Source: Macrostomum lignano (lineage: Eukaryota). From it: 64,000 nucleotides of DNA. Made by a program: the position numbers and the translations under genes. Each line of letters starts with the position of its first letter. Within the stretch, counting starts at the first letter, position 1. Below are positions 23,760 to 54,017 of this stretch, piece by piece. Location of the stretch: assembly GCA_002269645.1 (NCBI GenBank), contig NIVC01001954.1, positions 124,001 through 188,000 on the forward strand, given 5' to 3'. Below the pieces are notes generated by a model. That model was not told the DNA's origin and did no database searches. It saw only the letters and a program-made list of their open reading frames with translations.

Positions 23760-26700
23760 GACTCTCCCAGTCTCCCACTCTCCCACTCCCACTCTCTCTC
23801 CCAGTCTCCCACTCTCCCACTCCCACTCTCTCCCAGTCTCCCAGTCTCCCACTCCCACTCTCTCTCCCAGTCTCCCACTCTCCCACTCCCACTCTCTCCC
23901 AGTCTCCCAGTCTCCCACTCCCACTCTCTCTCCCAGTCTCCCACTCTCCCACTCCCACTCTCTCCCAGTCTCCCACTCTCCCACTCCCACTCTCTCCCAG
24001 TCTCCCAGTCTCCCACTCCCACTCTCTCTCCCAGTCTCCCACTCTCCCACTCCCACTCTCTCCCAGTCTCCCACTCTCCCACTCCCACTCTCTCTCCCAG
24101 TCTCCCACTCTCCCACTCCCACTCTCTCTCCCAGTCTCCCACTCTCCCACTCCCACTCTCTCTCCCAGTCTCCCACTCTCCCACTCCCACTCTCTCCCAG
24201 TCTCCCACTCTCCCACTCCACTCTCTCTCCCAGTCTCCCACTCTCCCACTCCCACTCTCTCTCCCAGTCTCCCACTCTCCCACTCCCACTCTCTCCCAGT
24301 CTCCCACTCTCCCACTCCCACTCTCTCTCCCAGTCTCCCACTCTCCCACTCCCACTCTCTCCCAGTCTCCCAGTCTCCCACTCCCACTCTCTCTCCCAGT
24401 CTCCCACTCTCCCACTCCCACTCTCTCCCAGTCTCCCACTCTCCCACTCCCACTCTCTCTCCCAGTCTCCCACTCTCCCACTCCCACTCTCTCTCCCAGT
24501 CTCCCACTCTCCCACTCCCACTCTCTCCCAGTCTCCCACTCTCCCACTCCCACTCTCTCCCAGTCTCCCACTCTCCCACTCCCACTCTCTCTCCCAGTCT
24601 CCCACTCTCCCACTCCCACTCTCTCCCAGTCTCCCAGTCTCCCACTCCCACTCTCTCTCCAGTCTCCCACTCTCCCACTCCCACTCTCTCCCAGTCTCCC
24701 AGTCTCCCACTCCCACTCTCTCTCCCAGTCTCCCACTCTCCCACTCCCACTCTCTCCCAGTCTCCCAGTCTCCCACTCCCACTCTCTCTCCCAGTCTCCC
24801 ACTCTCCCACTCCCACTCTCTCCCAGTCTCCCAGTCTCCCACTCCCACTCTCTCTCCCAGTCTCCCACTCTCCCACTCCCACTCTCTCCCAGTCTCCCAG
24901 TCTCCCACTCCCACTCTCTCTCCCAGTCTCCCACTCTCCCACTCCCACTCTCTCCCAGTCTCCCAGTCTCCCACTCCCACTCTCTCTCCCAGTCTCCCAC
25001 TCTCCCACTCCCACTCTCTCCCAGTCTCCCAGTCTCCCACTCCCACTCTCTCTCCCAGTCTCCCACTCTCCCACTCCCACTCTCTCCCAGTCTCCCACTC
25101 TCCCACTCCCACTCTCTCCCAGTCTCCCAGTCTCCCACTCCCACTCTCTCTCCCAGTCTCCCACTCTCCCACTCCCACTCTCTCCCAGTCTCCCACTCTC
25201 CCACTCCCACTCTCTCTCCCAGTCTCCCACTCTCCCACTCCCACTCTCTCCCAGTCTCCCACTCTCCCACTCCCACTCTCTCTCCCAGTCTCCCACTCTC
25301 CCACTCCCACTCTCTCCCAGTCTCCCACTCTCCCACTCCCACTCTCTCTCCCAGTCTCCCACTCTCCCACTCCCACTCTCTCTCCCAGTCTCCCACTCTC
25401 CCACTCCCACTCTCTCCCAGTCTCCCACTCTCCCACTCCCACTCTCTCTCCCAGTCTCCCACTCTCCCACTCCCACTCTCTCCCAGTCTCCCAGTCTCCC
25501 ACTCCCACTCTCTCTCCCAGTCTCCCACTCTCCCACTCCCACTCTCTCCCAGTCTCCCACTCTCCCACTCCCACTCTCTCTCCCAGTCTCCCACTCTCCC
25601 ACTCCCACTCTCTCTCCAGTCTCCCACTCTCCCACTCCCACTCTCTCCCAGTCTCCCACTCTCCCACTCCCACTCTCTCCCAGTCTCCCACTCTCCCACT
25701 CCCACTCTCTCTCCCAGTCTCCCACTCTCCCACTCCCACTCTCTCCCAGTCTCCCAGTCTCCCACTCCCACTCTCTCTCCCAGTCTCCCACTCTCCCACT
25801 CCCACTCTCTCCCAGTCTCCCAGTCTCCCACTCCCACTCTCTCTCCCAGTCTCCCACTCTCCCACTCCCACTCTCTCCCAGTCTCCCAGTCTCCCACTCC
25901 CACTCTCTCTCCAGTCTCCCACTCTCCCACTCCCACTCTCTCCCAGTCTCCCACTCTCCCACTCCCACTCTCTCCCAGTCTCCCAGTCTCCCACTCCCAC
26001 TCTCTCTCCCAGTCTCCCACTCTCCCACTCCCACTCTCTCCCAGTCTCCCACTCTCCCACTCCCACTCTCTCTCCCAGTCTCCCACTCTCCCACTCCCAC
26101 TCTCTCCCAGTCTCCCAGTCTCCCACTCCCACTCTCTCTCCCAGTCTCCCACTCTCCCACTCCCACTCTCTCCCAGTCTCCCACTCTCCCACTCCCACTC
26201 TCTCTCCCAGTCTCCCACTCTCCCACTCCCACTCTCTCTCCCAGTCTCCCACTCTCCCACTCCCACTCTCTCCCAGTCTCCCACTCTCCCACTCCCACTC
26301 TCTCTCCCAGTCTCCCACTCTCCCACTCCCACTCTCTCCCAGTCTCCCAGTCTCCCACTCCCACTCTCTCTCCCAGTCTCCCACTCTCCCACTCCCACTC
26401 TCTCCCAGTCTCCCACTCTCCCACTCCCACTCTCTCTCCCAGTCTCCCACTCTCCCACTCCCACTCTCTCTCCCAGTCTCCCACTCTCCCACTCCCACTC
26501 TCTCTCCCAGTCTCCCACTCTCCCACTCCCACTCTCTCCCAGTCTCCCACTCTCCCACTCCCACTCTCTCTCCCAGTCTCCCACTCTCCCACTCCCACTC
26601 TCTCCCAGTCTCCCAGTCTCCCACTCCCACTCTCTCTCCCAGTCTCCCACTCTCCCACTCCCACTCTCTCCCAGTCTCCCAGTCTCCCACTCCCACTCTC

Positions 26701-28945
26701 TCTCCCAGTCTCCCACTCTCCCACTCCCACTCTCTCCCAGTCTCCCAGTCTCCCACTCCCACTCTCTCTCCCAGTCTCCCACTCTCCCACTCCCACTCTC
26801 TCCCAGTCTCCCAGTCTCCCACTCCCACTCTCTCTCCCAGTCTCCCACTCTCCCACTCCCACTCTCTCCCAGTCTCCCACTCTCCCACTCCCACTCTCTC
26901 CCAGTCTCCCAGTCTCCCACTCCCACTCTCTCTCCAGTCTCCCACTCTCCCACTCCCACTCTCTCCCAGTCTCCCACTCTCCCACTCCCACTCTCTCTCC
27001 CAGTCTCCCACTCTCCCACTCCCACTCTCTCTCCCAGTCTCCCACTCTCCCACTCCCACTCTCTCTCCCAGTCTCCCACTCCCACTCTCTCCCAGTCTCC
27101 CACTCTCCCACTCCCACTCTCTCTCCCAGTCTCCCACTCTCCCACTCCCACTCTCTCTCCCAGTCTCCCACTCTCCCACTCCCACTCTCTCCCAGTCTCC
27201 CACTCTCCCACTCCCACTCTCTCTCCCAGTCTCCCACTCTCCCACTCCCACTCTCTCCCAGTCTCCCAGTCTCCCACTCCCACTCTCTCTCCCAGTCTCC
27301 CACTCTCCCACTCCCACTCTCTCCCAGTCTCCCACTCTCCCACTCCCACTCTCTCTCCCAGTCTCCCACTCTCCCACTCCCACTCTCTCTCCAGTCTCCC
27401 ACTCTCCCACTCCCACTCTCTCCCAGTCTCCCACTCTCCCACTCCCACTCTCTCCAGTCTCCCACTCTCCACTCCCACTCTCTCTCCCAGTCTCCCAGTC
27501 TCTCTCCCAGTCTCATTCTCTCAGTCTCCCACTCTCCCAGTCTCTCTCCCAGTCTCTCACTCTCCCAGTCTCTCCCACTCTCCCACTCTCTCCCAGTCTC
27601 TCCCACTCTCCCAGTCACTCTCCCACTCTCCCAGTCTCTCACTCTCCCAGTCTCTCACTCTCCCAGTCTCTCACTCTCCCAGTCACTCTCCCAGTCTCTC
27701 ACTCTCCCAGTGTCTCACTTTCCCACTCTCCCACTCTCCCAGTCTCTCACTCTCCCAGTCACTCTCCCAGTCTCTCACTCTCCCAGTGTCTCACTTTCCC
27801 ACTCTCCCACTCTCCCAGTCTCTCACTCTCCCAGTGTCTCACTCTCCCAGTCTCTCACTCTCCCAGTCTCTCTCCCAGTCTCTCACTCTAACTCTCCCAG
27901 TCTCTCTCCCAGTCTCTCACTCTCCCAGTGTCTCACTCTCCCAGTCTCTCACTCTCCCAGTCTCCTACTCTCCCAGTCTCACTCTCCCAGTCTCTCACTC
28001 TCCCAGTCACTCTCCCACTCTCCCAGTCTCTCACTCTCCCAGTGTCTCACTCTCCCAGTCTCTCACTCTCCCAGTCTCTCACTCTAACTCTCCCAGTGTC
28101 TCACTCTCCCAGTCTCTCACTCTCCCAGTCTCTCACTCTCCCAGTCTCACTCTCCCAGTCTCTCACTCTCCCAGTCACTCTCCCACTCTCCCAGTCTCTC
28201 ACTCTCCCAGTCACTCTCCCACTCTCCCAGTCTCTCACTCTCCCAGTCTCCCACTCTCCCAGTCTCACTCTCCCAGTCTCTCACTCTCCCAGTCACTCTC
28301 CCACTCTCCCAGTCTCTCACTCTCCCAGTGTCTCACTCTCCCAGTCTCTCACTCTCCCAGTCTCTCACTCTAACTCTCCCAGTGTCTCACTCTCCCAGTC
28401 TCTCACTCTAACTCTCCCAGTGTCTCACTCTCCCAGTCTCTCACTCTCCCAGTCTCCCACTCTCCCAGTCTCACTCTCCCAGTCTCTCTCCCACTCTCCC
28501 AGTCTCACTCTCCCAGTCACTCTCCCACTCTCCCAGTCTCTCACTCTCCCAGTGTCTCACTCTCCCAGTCTCTCACTCTCCCAGTGTCTCACTCTCCCAG
28601 TCTCTCACTCTCCCAGTCTCTCACTCTCCCAGTCTCTCACTCTAACTCTCCCAGTCTCTCACTCTCCCAGTCACTCTCCCACTCTCCCAGTCTCTCACTC
28701 TCCCAGTCTCCCACTCTCCCAGTCTCACTCTCCCAGTCTCTCACTCTCCCAGTCACTCTCCCACTCTCCCAGTCTCTCACTCTCCCAGTCTCTCACTCTC
28801 CCAGTCTCTCACTCTCCCAGTCTCTCTCCCAGTCTCTCACTCTAACTCTCCCAGTCTCTCTCCCAGTCTCTCACTCTCCCAGTGTCTCACTCTCCCAGTC
28901 TCTCACTCTCCCAGTCTCCCACTCTCCCAGTCTCCCAGTCTCCCC
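23760..28945. repeat. 5.2-kb pyrimidine/purine-asymmetric satellite built from 8-bp CTCCCA(G/C)T subunits
   Basis: ~24/26-bp higher-order units up to ~27480, then 16-bp CTCCCAGTCTCTCACT units. Confidence 0.97.
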
Positions 28946-29066
28946 TCCAGAGTCTGACTCATATTGTGAGACATTGAAATAATTCTCAAAATCAATGAAA
29001 ATTATGCAATACGACGCGATGTTGAATTGTCGAGCTGATTGAATTCAGCTGAGCTGCCCACAGCAA

Positions 29067-31894
29067 CTACAGCACGCTCTGGCGCAGCAGGTAGGCGTAC
29101 AGGTGCAGGCACTCCAGCAGGAACACGTACTGCCGGGGTCCCAGCTCGGCGGCCGCGGCAGCCGGGCACCGCCTGCGCAGCCGGCCGATCAGCCGGAGCA
29201 GGTCGCAGCTGCGGCTACGTCGAACCTCGGCGGCAGCGGCCAGGAAGGCTGGCAGCAGGGCGGAGCCGGCCAGCCCGGGCCCAGGGCCGATGAAGGCCGC
29301 CCTGGCGGAGTCGGGCGCGGCGGCCAGCGCTGCGGCGCAGGCGACGCCGAACCGGACGAAGTTGGCCCGGCCGAGCGGCAGGCCGGAGGCCGGGTCCCAG
29401 GCGGCGGTGAAGCTGCATAGGGTGAGGCGCTTCATCAGGTTGGAGTCCAGGCAGGCCAGGCTCAGGTAGCGCAGCGTGTGGCTCGGGTGGCAGGAGGCGC
29501 GGAGACCCCACAGCCGGAACTGGCCGCCGCCGTCGTCGAGGCCGGTGGCCGCGGGCCGCAGGCTGCACACCACGGTGCAGTTGGCCTCCCACAGTCCGGC
29601 CAGAAGAGCCGTCGGCTCGGCGTTCGCCGAAACCAGGGCGAAGCCGTGCGGCCACCAGGGCTCCAGGCTCGCGACGGTCTGGAAGTCGGGCGTAGCGGCG
29701 GCTGGGGCGACCAGCGGCGGCGGGCCGACCAGGCTGGCGAACTTGGCGGCGGCGTCGGAGGCGTCAACGAACGGCCGGTTGGAGCTGCCGCGGAAGCGGA
29801 TGGGGCGGCTGGGCGGCTCGGCCTCGGAGTTGGAGGAGTCGCCGCTCCTGACGGTGCCGGAGTCGCCATCTTCAACCCAGGTGGACGCGGTCTCGACGCT
29901 CCATAGTCGGCAGCGGCGACGGCTCTGCTGAAGGCGTTGTTGAAGTCGGCGCCGGCGCCGCAGATGGCGCGCCAGCAGGCCAGCCAGGGCAAGGGCCGCT
30001 GCGGCGGCGGCTGCGGCCGGTAAAGCCGCTCTGAGCAGCCTTGGGCCGCCGCCGCCGCCACCGCCGCCGCCGCCTCCACCATCGCCGAAGTCGAAAAGCC
30101 AGATGCCGCCGTTGCCGTTGCCATTTTTGGTGACGCTGTCGGCGCCACCGCCGCTGGCGCCGTTTCGCCAGAAGGCGGTAACTTCGAAGTGGCTGTCGAG
30201 GCCCTCCACCGAGCGCAGGCGGTCCTCGGCCAGGTTGGCGAAGGCGCGCAGTTCGCCCGGCTCCGGCTGGCTGGCCGGCGGCCGCAGCAGCAGAGCGGCC
30301 ACCCGCAACTCTGTTGTCGGGGTGGATTGCATGTATAGGGGCTGCTGGCTAGTGGTGAACATATTAAACGCGCATTTTAGCGTCACTAGAGCGCATCAGA
30401 ATTGAATATAAAGGTTTGCAAACTGATAATAGTTTATGCTTTTAATAAATAAGGCATCCATTATTCGCTGAAATATGATTAAGACATTCGAACGCACACA
30501 CGCGCTTATTGAGAAGCAACCAACCACTTTCTAGGAAACAGCTAGCTCGAAAGAGTGCAGCTGACTTATTTATCTTGATTAGATGGGCATGATTTGAATA
30601 TTCAACCGCAGCCACTGCCTGGAGAGTGGCCGATTGCGAATAAATTAAATAAGAAGCAACTCCGCCCGCACCTGACGGCGGCCAGGCTGTGCCAGGTAGG
30701 CACTGACTAATTTAATGCAAATTCCGAGCAGGCGGGCAGGTAGCAGGCACCCATGTGGAAATCTGATACCTTGTGAAGAGATATGGACTGTTTGAGAAAA
30801 GTGGCAGCGGTTAGTCCAGTCCAATTGGTAGCGAAATTCAGAAATTAAAAATCTAACAAAATTACCAATAAACATGAAGTTCCTATTTGATAGAGTTCTT
30901 GCACTTAGAAAAACTTCTTGTTCAGAGTCTTCTCTTCAGAGTCTACTGAAGTTACCATGAAGGGAGACACAAAAGCCCTAACCTAAACCAACCACCCTGA
31001 ACTGTGCTCTCATCCCACACCCTGAACTGTGCTCTCATCCCACACCCTGAACTGTGCTCTCATCCCACACCCTGAACTGTGCTCTCATCCCACACCCTTA
31101 ACTGTGCTCTTATTTCACACCCTGAACTTGCTCTCATCCCACACCCTTAACTGTGCTCTTATTTCACACCCTGAACTTGCTCTCATCCCACACCTTAACT
31201 GTGCTCTCATCCCACACCCTGAAGTGTGCTCAACCCTACATGTACACCCTGAAGTGTGCTCAACCCTACATGTACACCCTGAAGTGTGCTCAACCTACAT
31301 GTACACCCTGAAGTGTGCTCAACCTACATGTACACCCTGAAGTGTGCTCAACCTACATGTACACCCTGAAGTGTGCTCAACCTACATGTACACCCTGAAG
31401 TTTGCTCAACCTACATGTACTCCCTGAAGTGTGCTCAAGCTACATGTACACCCTGAAGTGTGCGTACAAATTTTGCCAGCGGAAATTTAAGTCTGCTAGC
31501 AAGCACTTTGCAAAGAGCAGTTCAGCTCACCGCGCCACTCAGAGGCAGTTGGGTACTCAACCCTGAACCGAACGCAGACTCCGCCGCCGTCGTTTCGCTC
31601 GCTATCAGCGCAAGTGGTCAGGTGGAATCGGCGCGCCTGCGACTGCAGCTCGCCCAGCACCCTGGGCACGAAGGTGTCATTCAGCTCGCGCAATGAGAGG
31701 CCGCTGCTGCGCTTTCGGCGCAGTAAAATCTGAATGCGCCTGGCCACGACGCGCTGGTCGGTTGCGACCTCCGACTCGTCTAGCTGGCCGACAACATCTG
31801 CCTCGTTGGCATTTGCTGCTGCTGCTTCGGCTGCTTGAGTCATGCCGAGCAGAAAAAGCAACAACAGGCAATAATAGTTAGAAGTATCAGACAT
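29067..31894 (-). CDS. Receptor-type protein tyrosine pseudophosphatase with IA-2/phogrin-like layout (signal peptide, SEA-like ectodomain, TM, dead PTP domain), ~535 aa
   Basis: Exon 1 31894-31531 (signal peptide MSDTSNYYCLLLLFLLGMTQA, RRKR dibasic site; donor GTGAG, phase 1) joins exon 2 30310-29067 in frame (1608 nt). Hydrophobic TM followed by RHLRRRRR. PTP remnants LWEANCTVVCSL, AWDPASGLP (WPD loop), FIGPGPGLAGS (in place of HCSAGxGRT), DLLRLIGRLRRRCP, RQYVFLLECL. Confidence 0.72.
30990..31462. repeat. 25-bp grading to 29-bp minisatellite in the intron of the pseudophosphatase gene
   Basis: CACACCCTGAACTGTGCTCTCATCC grading into GTACACCCTGAAGTGTGCTCAACCTACAT. Confidence 0.9.
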
Positions 31895-32084
31895 AATTTT
31901 GCTTCAGAGTGCTCTTTACAGCTTCTTTCTCTTTTTAGAAGTTCGACTAATACTGACTTCTTCAACTGCCTGCTTTAACGCAAAAGTTGGGCTATTTATC
32001 TTAGCAGCGTCACGTGTGTAACGTGCTCTATAGGCTCTTTCCAATTGGCTAAATGCCAACTGACCAATGAGACAAGCTACCGAG

Positions 32085-32598
32085 CCAGCAGCTGAGGATC
32101 TGGGAGGCTGGCCCAGCAACTGACACTCTGGGAGGCTGGCCCAGCAACTGAGGATATGGGAGGCTGGCCCAGCAACTGACACTCTGGGAGGCTGGCCCAG
32201 CAACTGAGGATCTGGGAGGCTGGCCCAGCAGCTGAGGATCTGGGAGGCTGGCCCAGCAACTGAGGATGTGAGAGGCTGGCCCAGCAACTGAGGATGTGGG
32301 AGGCTGGCCTAGCAACTGACACTCTGGGAGGCTGGCCCAGCAACTGAGGATATGGGAGGCTGGCCCAGCAACTGAGGATGTGGGAGGCTGGCCCAGCAAC
32401 TGAGGATGTGGGAGGCGGGCCCAGCAACTGAGGATGTGGGAGGCTGGCCCAGCAACTGAGGATGTGGGAGGCTGGCCCAGCAACTGAGGATGTGGGAGGC
32501 TGGCCCAGCAACTGAGGATGTGGGAGGCTGGCCCAGCAACTGAGGATGTGGGAGGCTGGCCCAGCAACTGAGGATGTGGTAGGCTGGCCCAGCAGCTG
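32085..32598. repeat. 28-bp minisatellite (same family as 41232-41885)
   Basis: Unit GGCTGGCCCAGCAACTGAGGATGTGGGA / GGCTGGCCCAGCAACTGACACTCTGGGA. Confidence 0.93.
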
Positions 32599-34204
32599 GG
32601 GTGTCAAAATGGCAGGAAAGAAAGGCAGCAGCAAGACCAGCTTGGCGCCGGATTAGCGTCACCAATGTGATGAGCAGCTAAAGCTGCAAGGATGACAGTG
32701 CAATGCTGAAATGATGCGCCAATATTTGAGGCGCCACCGTGTGGACCTAACCGTATATTATCGCACAGATAAAATATGCATAAAATGAGGGGCAAATGGG
32801 GCGCCCCACCCGCCTGCCAAGCCCCAGAGCTGGGAATCCAAAGGAGTTGTGAAGTTGGCCGACAGAAAACACATGTAAGTGAAAAAATAGCAAGTGACGG
32901 GCTGGAGTATAGCGGAATTATATAAAATGTAAAAGGTATAACAAAAGCATACTTTTAGGCTACAAAATTTAAAGAGGCAATTTAAGAACAACAGTGCACT
33001 GGCGCCAAACACATTGAGATCTGACAAGCTGTCTATTTGGTAAATATTAAATAATATAGTAATTCTATGCGGAAAAAGATTCGCCACTTCCTACTAGGAT
33101 AAGTAGCATCTGCACGTTTGCGCGGCTTGCAATTCGATGACAAAAATTCAACCAATAATTTGAATAATAATAAAAAACATTGTGTACTTTACATAATTTT
33201 GGTCATAAGAAATTGACATTGTTGCAGAATCAAAGCTAAATATAAAACAATGCTCTATACACGTGTTTTTACTCGCGGGGCGTATAAAATAAGTAGTATA
33301 ATGCGAAAATGGTGCGCGGAAAGTTCTTCTTTGGGTAAAAAATGAATACAACATTATATAACAGATGATAACCAAGTTCTTTAACTTGCTACTGAGGCAG
33401 TAGACAATGAAATATTTTCTCACTAATAATAATCCTAATCATAAATCATAATCATAACTGTTTTTGTTTGTTTTACGCGAGTCAAAATAAAGACAGTCTA
33501 CAAACATCATATCTGTGTGTAAAACGATAAATAAGTATATTTCAGCATCTGCAAATACATATAGACAGATGAAAATATGCATTTCCATATCTAATACATC
33601 GAATTAGCTAGCATTGGTCCTATATTTGTTTCATGCTCAGCAGCAGCAGAAGTCACAGACAGAAACCATGGACAGATATTCAGGCTAATAATTTTATCTA
33701 AGTGCATACTCGTCAGAGCCTACTTATTAACTAAATAGTAGTTTGAACGAGTATTTTGCGTATTCTATGGTTTCATTATCCGTGACCGCACGCGCATAGA
33801 AATCTGGATGAGCCACCCGCGGAAGACGCTAAATGTAGGGGCGAGCAAGCAGAATTTATTCGTGTAACATTAGAGCAATTAAAAAGCCAAGCGGTACGAT
33901 TTCTTAGAACAAGCAACAACAATGACAGAGCGAGCTGCATGCAGATAGGACCACTAGTAGTATATAAGTACGCTACTCTTAACGATTGTGTAATTCTTTT
34001 TGTAGGCGGATTTTTTGAACAAAAATGTTACCCTGTTGTATTATATATATTTGTGCAGTAAAAGTTTTATTTTCATTTTGTTTTATTTTAGGGATGCTTG
34101 CTACCGGGTTAACTTGCTATTGGGAGATGCTTGCTCTTGGGGGTGAAGGGAACTTGCTATCTGAGAGGGGGTTGCTAGATATCTATAAGGTCTCTTTGTA
34201 TCCC

Positions 34205-34352
34205 AGGTTATGCTTGCTATCTGGGGTTGCTTGCGGTCTGGGGGATGCTTGCTATCTGGGGGATGCTTGCTATCTGGGGGATGCTTGCAGTCTGGGGGAT
34301 GCTTGCTATCTGGGGGATGCTTGCAGTCTGGGGTTGCTTGCTATTTGGGGAT
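34205..34352. repeat. 18-bp minisatellite
   Basis: Unit GGGGATGCTTGCTATCTG. Confidence 0.85.
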
Positions 34353-34624
34353 CGATGCTTGAGTGCTGTCTTGGAATGTTTTTTAGAGGGAATGTCTGTT
34401 ATTTTTTATGAAGGCTTTATTTCGCTGCCCATTTGTTATTCGTAAAGAACAAGCATTCTATCCAGATGTCCCTCATTGGGCGGCGAAGATTGTTAGTCTA
34501 ATCACAGATTTTGTGATGCAAATAATGATTTTGTTCCTAACTCCGCTCTAGAAAACAGGCCTCGAAAAAATTTGCACCATCCTGATATACTACAGTGGTC
34601 CTTGTTGTTCCCCTGTCACAAACT

Positions 34625-52068
<17,444 letters not shown>

Positions 52069-52364
52069 CTTGCCGCGGCGGGTCCGAGGAGAGGATGGGG
52101 ACTGGGCCGATTAGTACAGGCTGCGCTGCTGAGTAAGGAGAAACTGTTAAACGCCCGACGGTCGACAGGCGGAGGCGGGCAGCATGAAACATGACATTAT
52201 CATCGCAAATTTATGCTCATGCAGTTCACACTCTCTACAATAAAATAATTGAGAACACAAAAATTCGGATGCCTCAGAATCATACACCCCTGATGGACGA
52301 GTTGGCCTCAGAATCTCACCCTTTCTGTTGTGGCCTCTCACCCCTGCTGGAAAAAAATTAAAAT

Positions 52365-52998
52365 CTCATCCCTTGCTGCCTACGGTAGCCTCAAAATATC
52401 ACCCCCCTTGCTGTCTACGGTAGTCTCAAAATCTCATCCCTTGCTGTCTATGGTAGCCTCAAAATCTCATCCCTTGCTGTCTACGGTAGTCTCAAAATCT
52501 CATCCCTTGCTTTCTACGGTAGCCTCAAAATCTCATCCCTTTGCTGTCTATTTTAGCCTCAAAATCTTATTCCTTGCTGTCTACGGTAGTCTCAAAACCT
52601 CATTCCTTGCTTTCTACGGTAGCCTCAAAATCTCACCCCTTTGCTTTCTATTTTAGCCTCAAACTCTCACCCTTTGCTGCCTACGGTAGCCTCAAAATCT
52701 CATCCCTTGCTGTCTATGGTAGCCTCAAAATCTCACCCCTTTGCTGTCTATGGTAGCCTCAAAATCTCATCCCTTGCTGTCTATGGTAGCCTCAAAATCT
52801 CACCCCTTTGCTGTCTATGGTAGCCTCAAAATCTCATCCCTTGCTGTCTATGGTAGCCTCAAAATCTCACCCCTTTGCTGTCTATGGTAGCCTCAAAATC
52901 TCATCCCTTGCTGTCTATGGTAGCCTCAAAATCTCACCCCTTTGCTGTCTATGGTAGCCTCAAAATCTCATCCCTTGCTGTCTACGGTAGCCTCAAAC
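52365..52998. repeat. 33/34-bp minisatellite upstream of the PPP1R16 ATG
   Basis: Unit TACGGTAGCCTCAAAATCTCATCCCTTGCTGTC. Confidence 0.94.
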
Positions 52999-54017
52999 AA
53001 AATCTCAACCAGCTGGACAAGGTAAAATCAAAATCTCACTCTTCTGTGTACAACGACAGTTTCAAAATCTAACCACTATAAACATAACCTCGGAACTATC
53101 ACCAAGATGCAGAACCCATATTGCCCGAATTCGGTGACAAAATAGACAAAATATATTAAAGGCAAAGCGAAAAAAGAAACAACAACACATTTTTTTAATT
53201 ATCTCCGCTCCAAAGCAATCCGCGTATCAATGGGAACGCGCACCAAAACAGAATGCCCCGATACGGAAACACAAGACTGCGGGGGGGGAGGATTATTTCA
53301 ATTCAATAACATTCGAATGCGCCAGCCGCATGCTCAGCGGCTTATTTCTCCGGCATGCCCGCCTATCCAAAATCCTATTTATGCCCGATTCCTTCGCTTG
53401 ATCCTCCTTCATTTTCTTCTTCTTCCTGGCTAAAGAAGCTAATTTTTCTATACCCCCCTCCATGTTTTCCACCCCCAAATGCAAGTCAGAGAGACGTTAA
53501 GGTAGAGAAACAACACGCAGCCAGCCTTAGCTGTGCAGGCTAGCAAATTAGAAGCTTTCCAACTGCGACTGAATCTTAAAGCTGTGCCCTCGGCCCTTAT
53601 TGTTGGTAATTATCTCTTTGAAGGCGACGGGCCCACCCGCTTACGGACAGACATGGGACCGTCTTTTTCAGCTCTCCCGTTCATTTCCTTATCTGTCTAA
53701 AAATACCCGTCAGCCTCCGACAAGCGGATGCTGTAAGGCATCTGTCCTAGTTGCATGTAGTTTAGCCCCAGTCAGTCCAATAGCCAATATATATTATCTT
53801 ATAGGTGAGGCAAGCGCAAAAATGCAGTATAATTGAGTCGTTCGCTAGTTATGGGTAGATGAACGACAAAAGAAACTGAACGAAAAAATTGTAACAGACT
53901 ATTGTGAAGGAGACGTCTTCTCTTCACTTACACCTAATTTTAGCGTACTTACAAGCACACTTTTCATTGCATTTGTGACGAATGCTTAATAACCTAGTTT
54001 TCTAGCTTACTCTAGCT

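Noticed and set aside
23538-28982. ORFs of 1250-1540 aa on both strands (SHSPTL / WESGR repeats)
   Set aside because: They are translations of a stop-poor CTCCCA(G/C)T satellite that is open in several frames at once; no domain content.
53293-53484. 63-aa basic ORF (MEGGIEKLASLARKKKK...) upstream of PPP1R16
   Set aside because: No recognisable homology and no good donor; it cannot extend PPP1R16 because an in-frame TAA lies between the 5' UTR acceptor (~52128) and the ATG.
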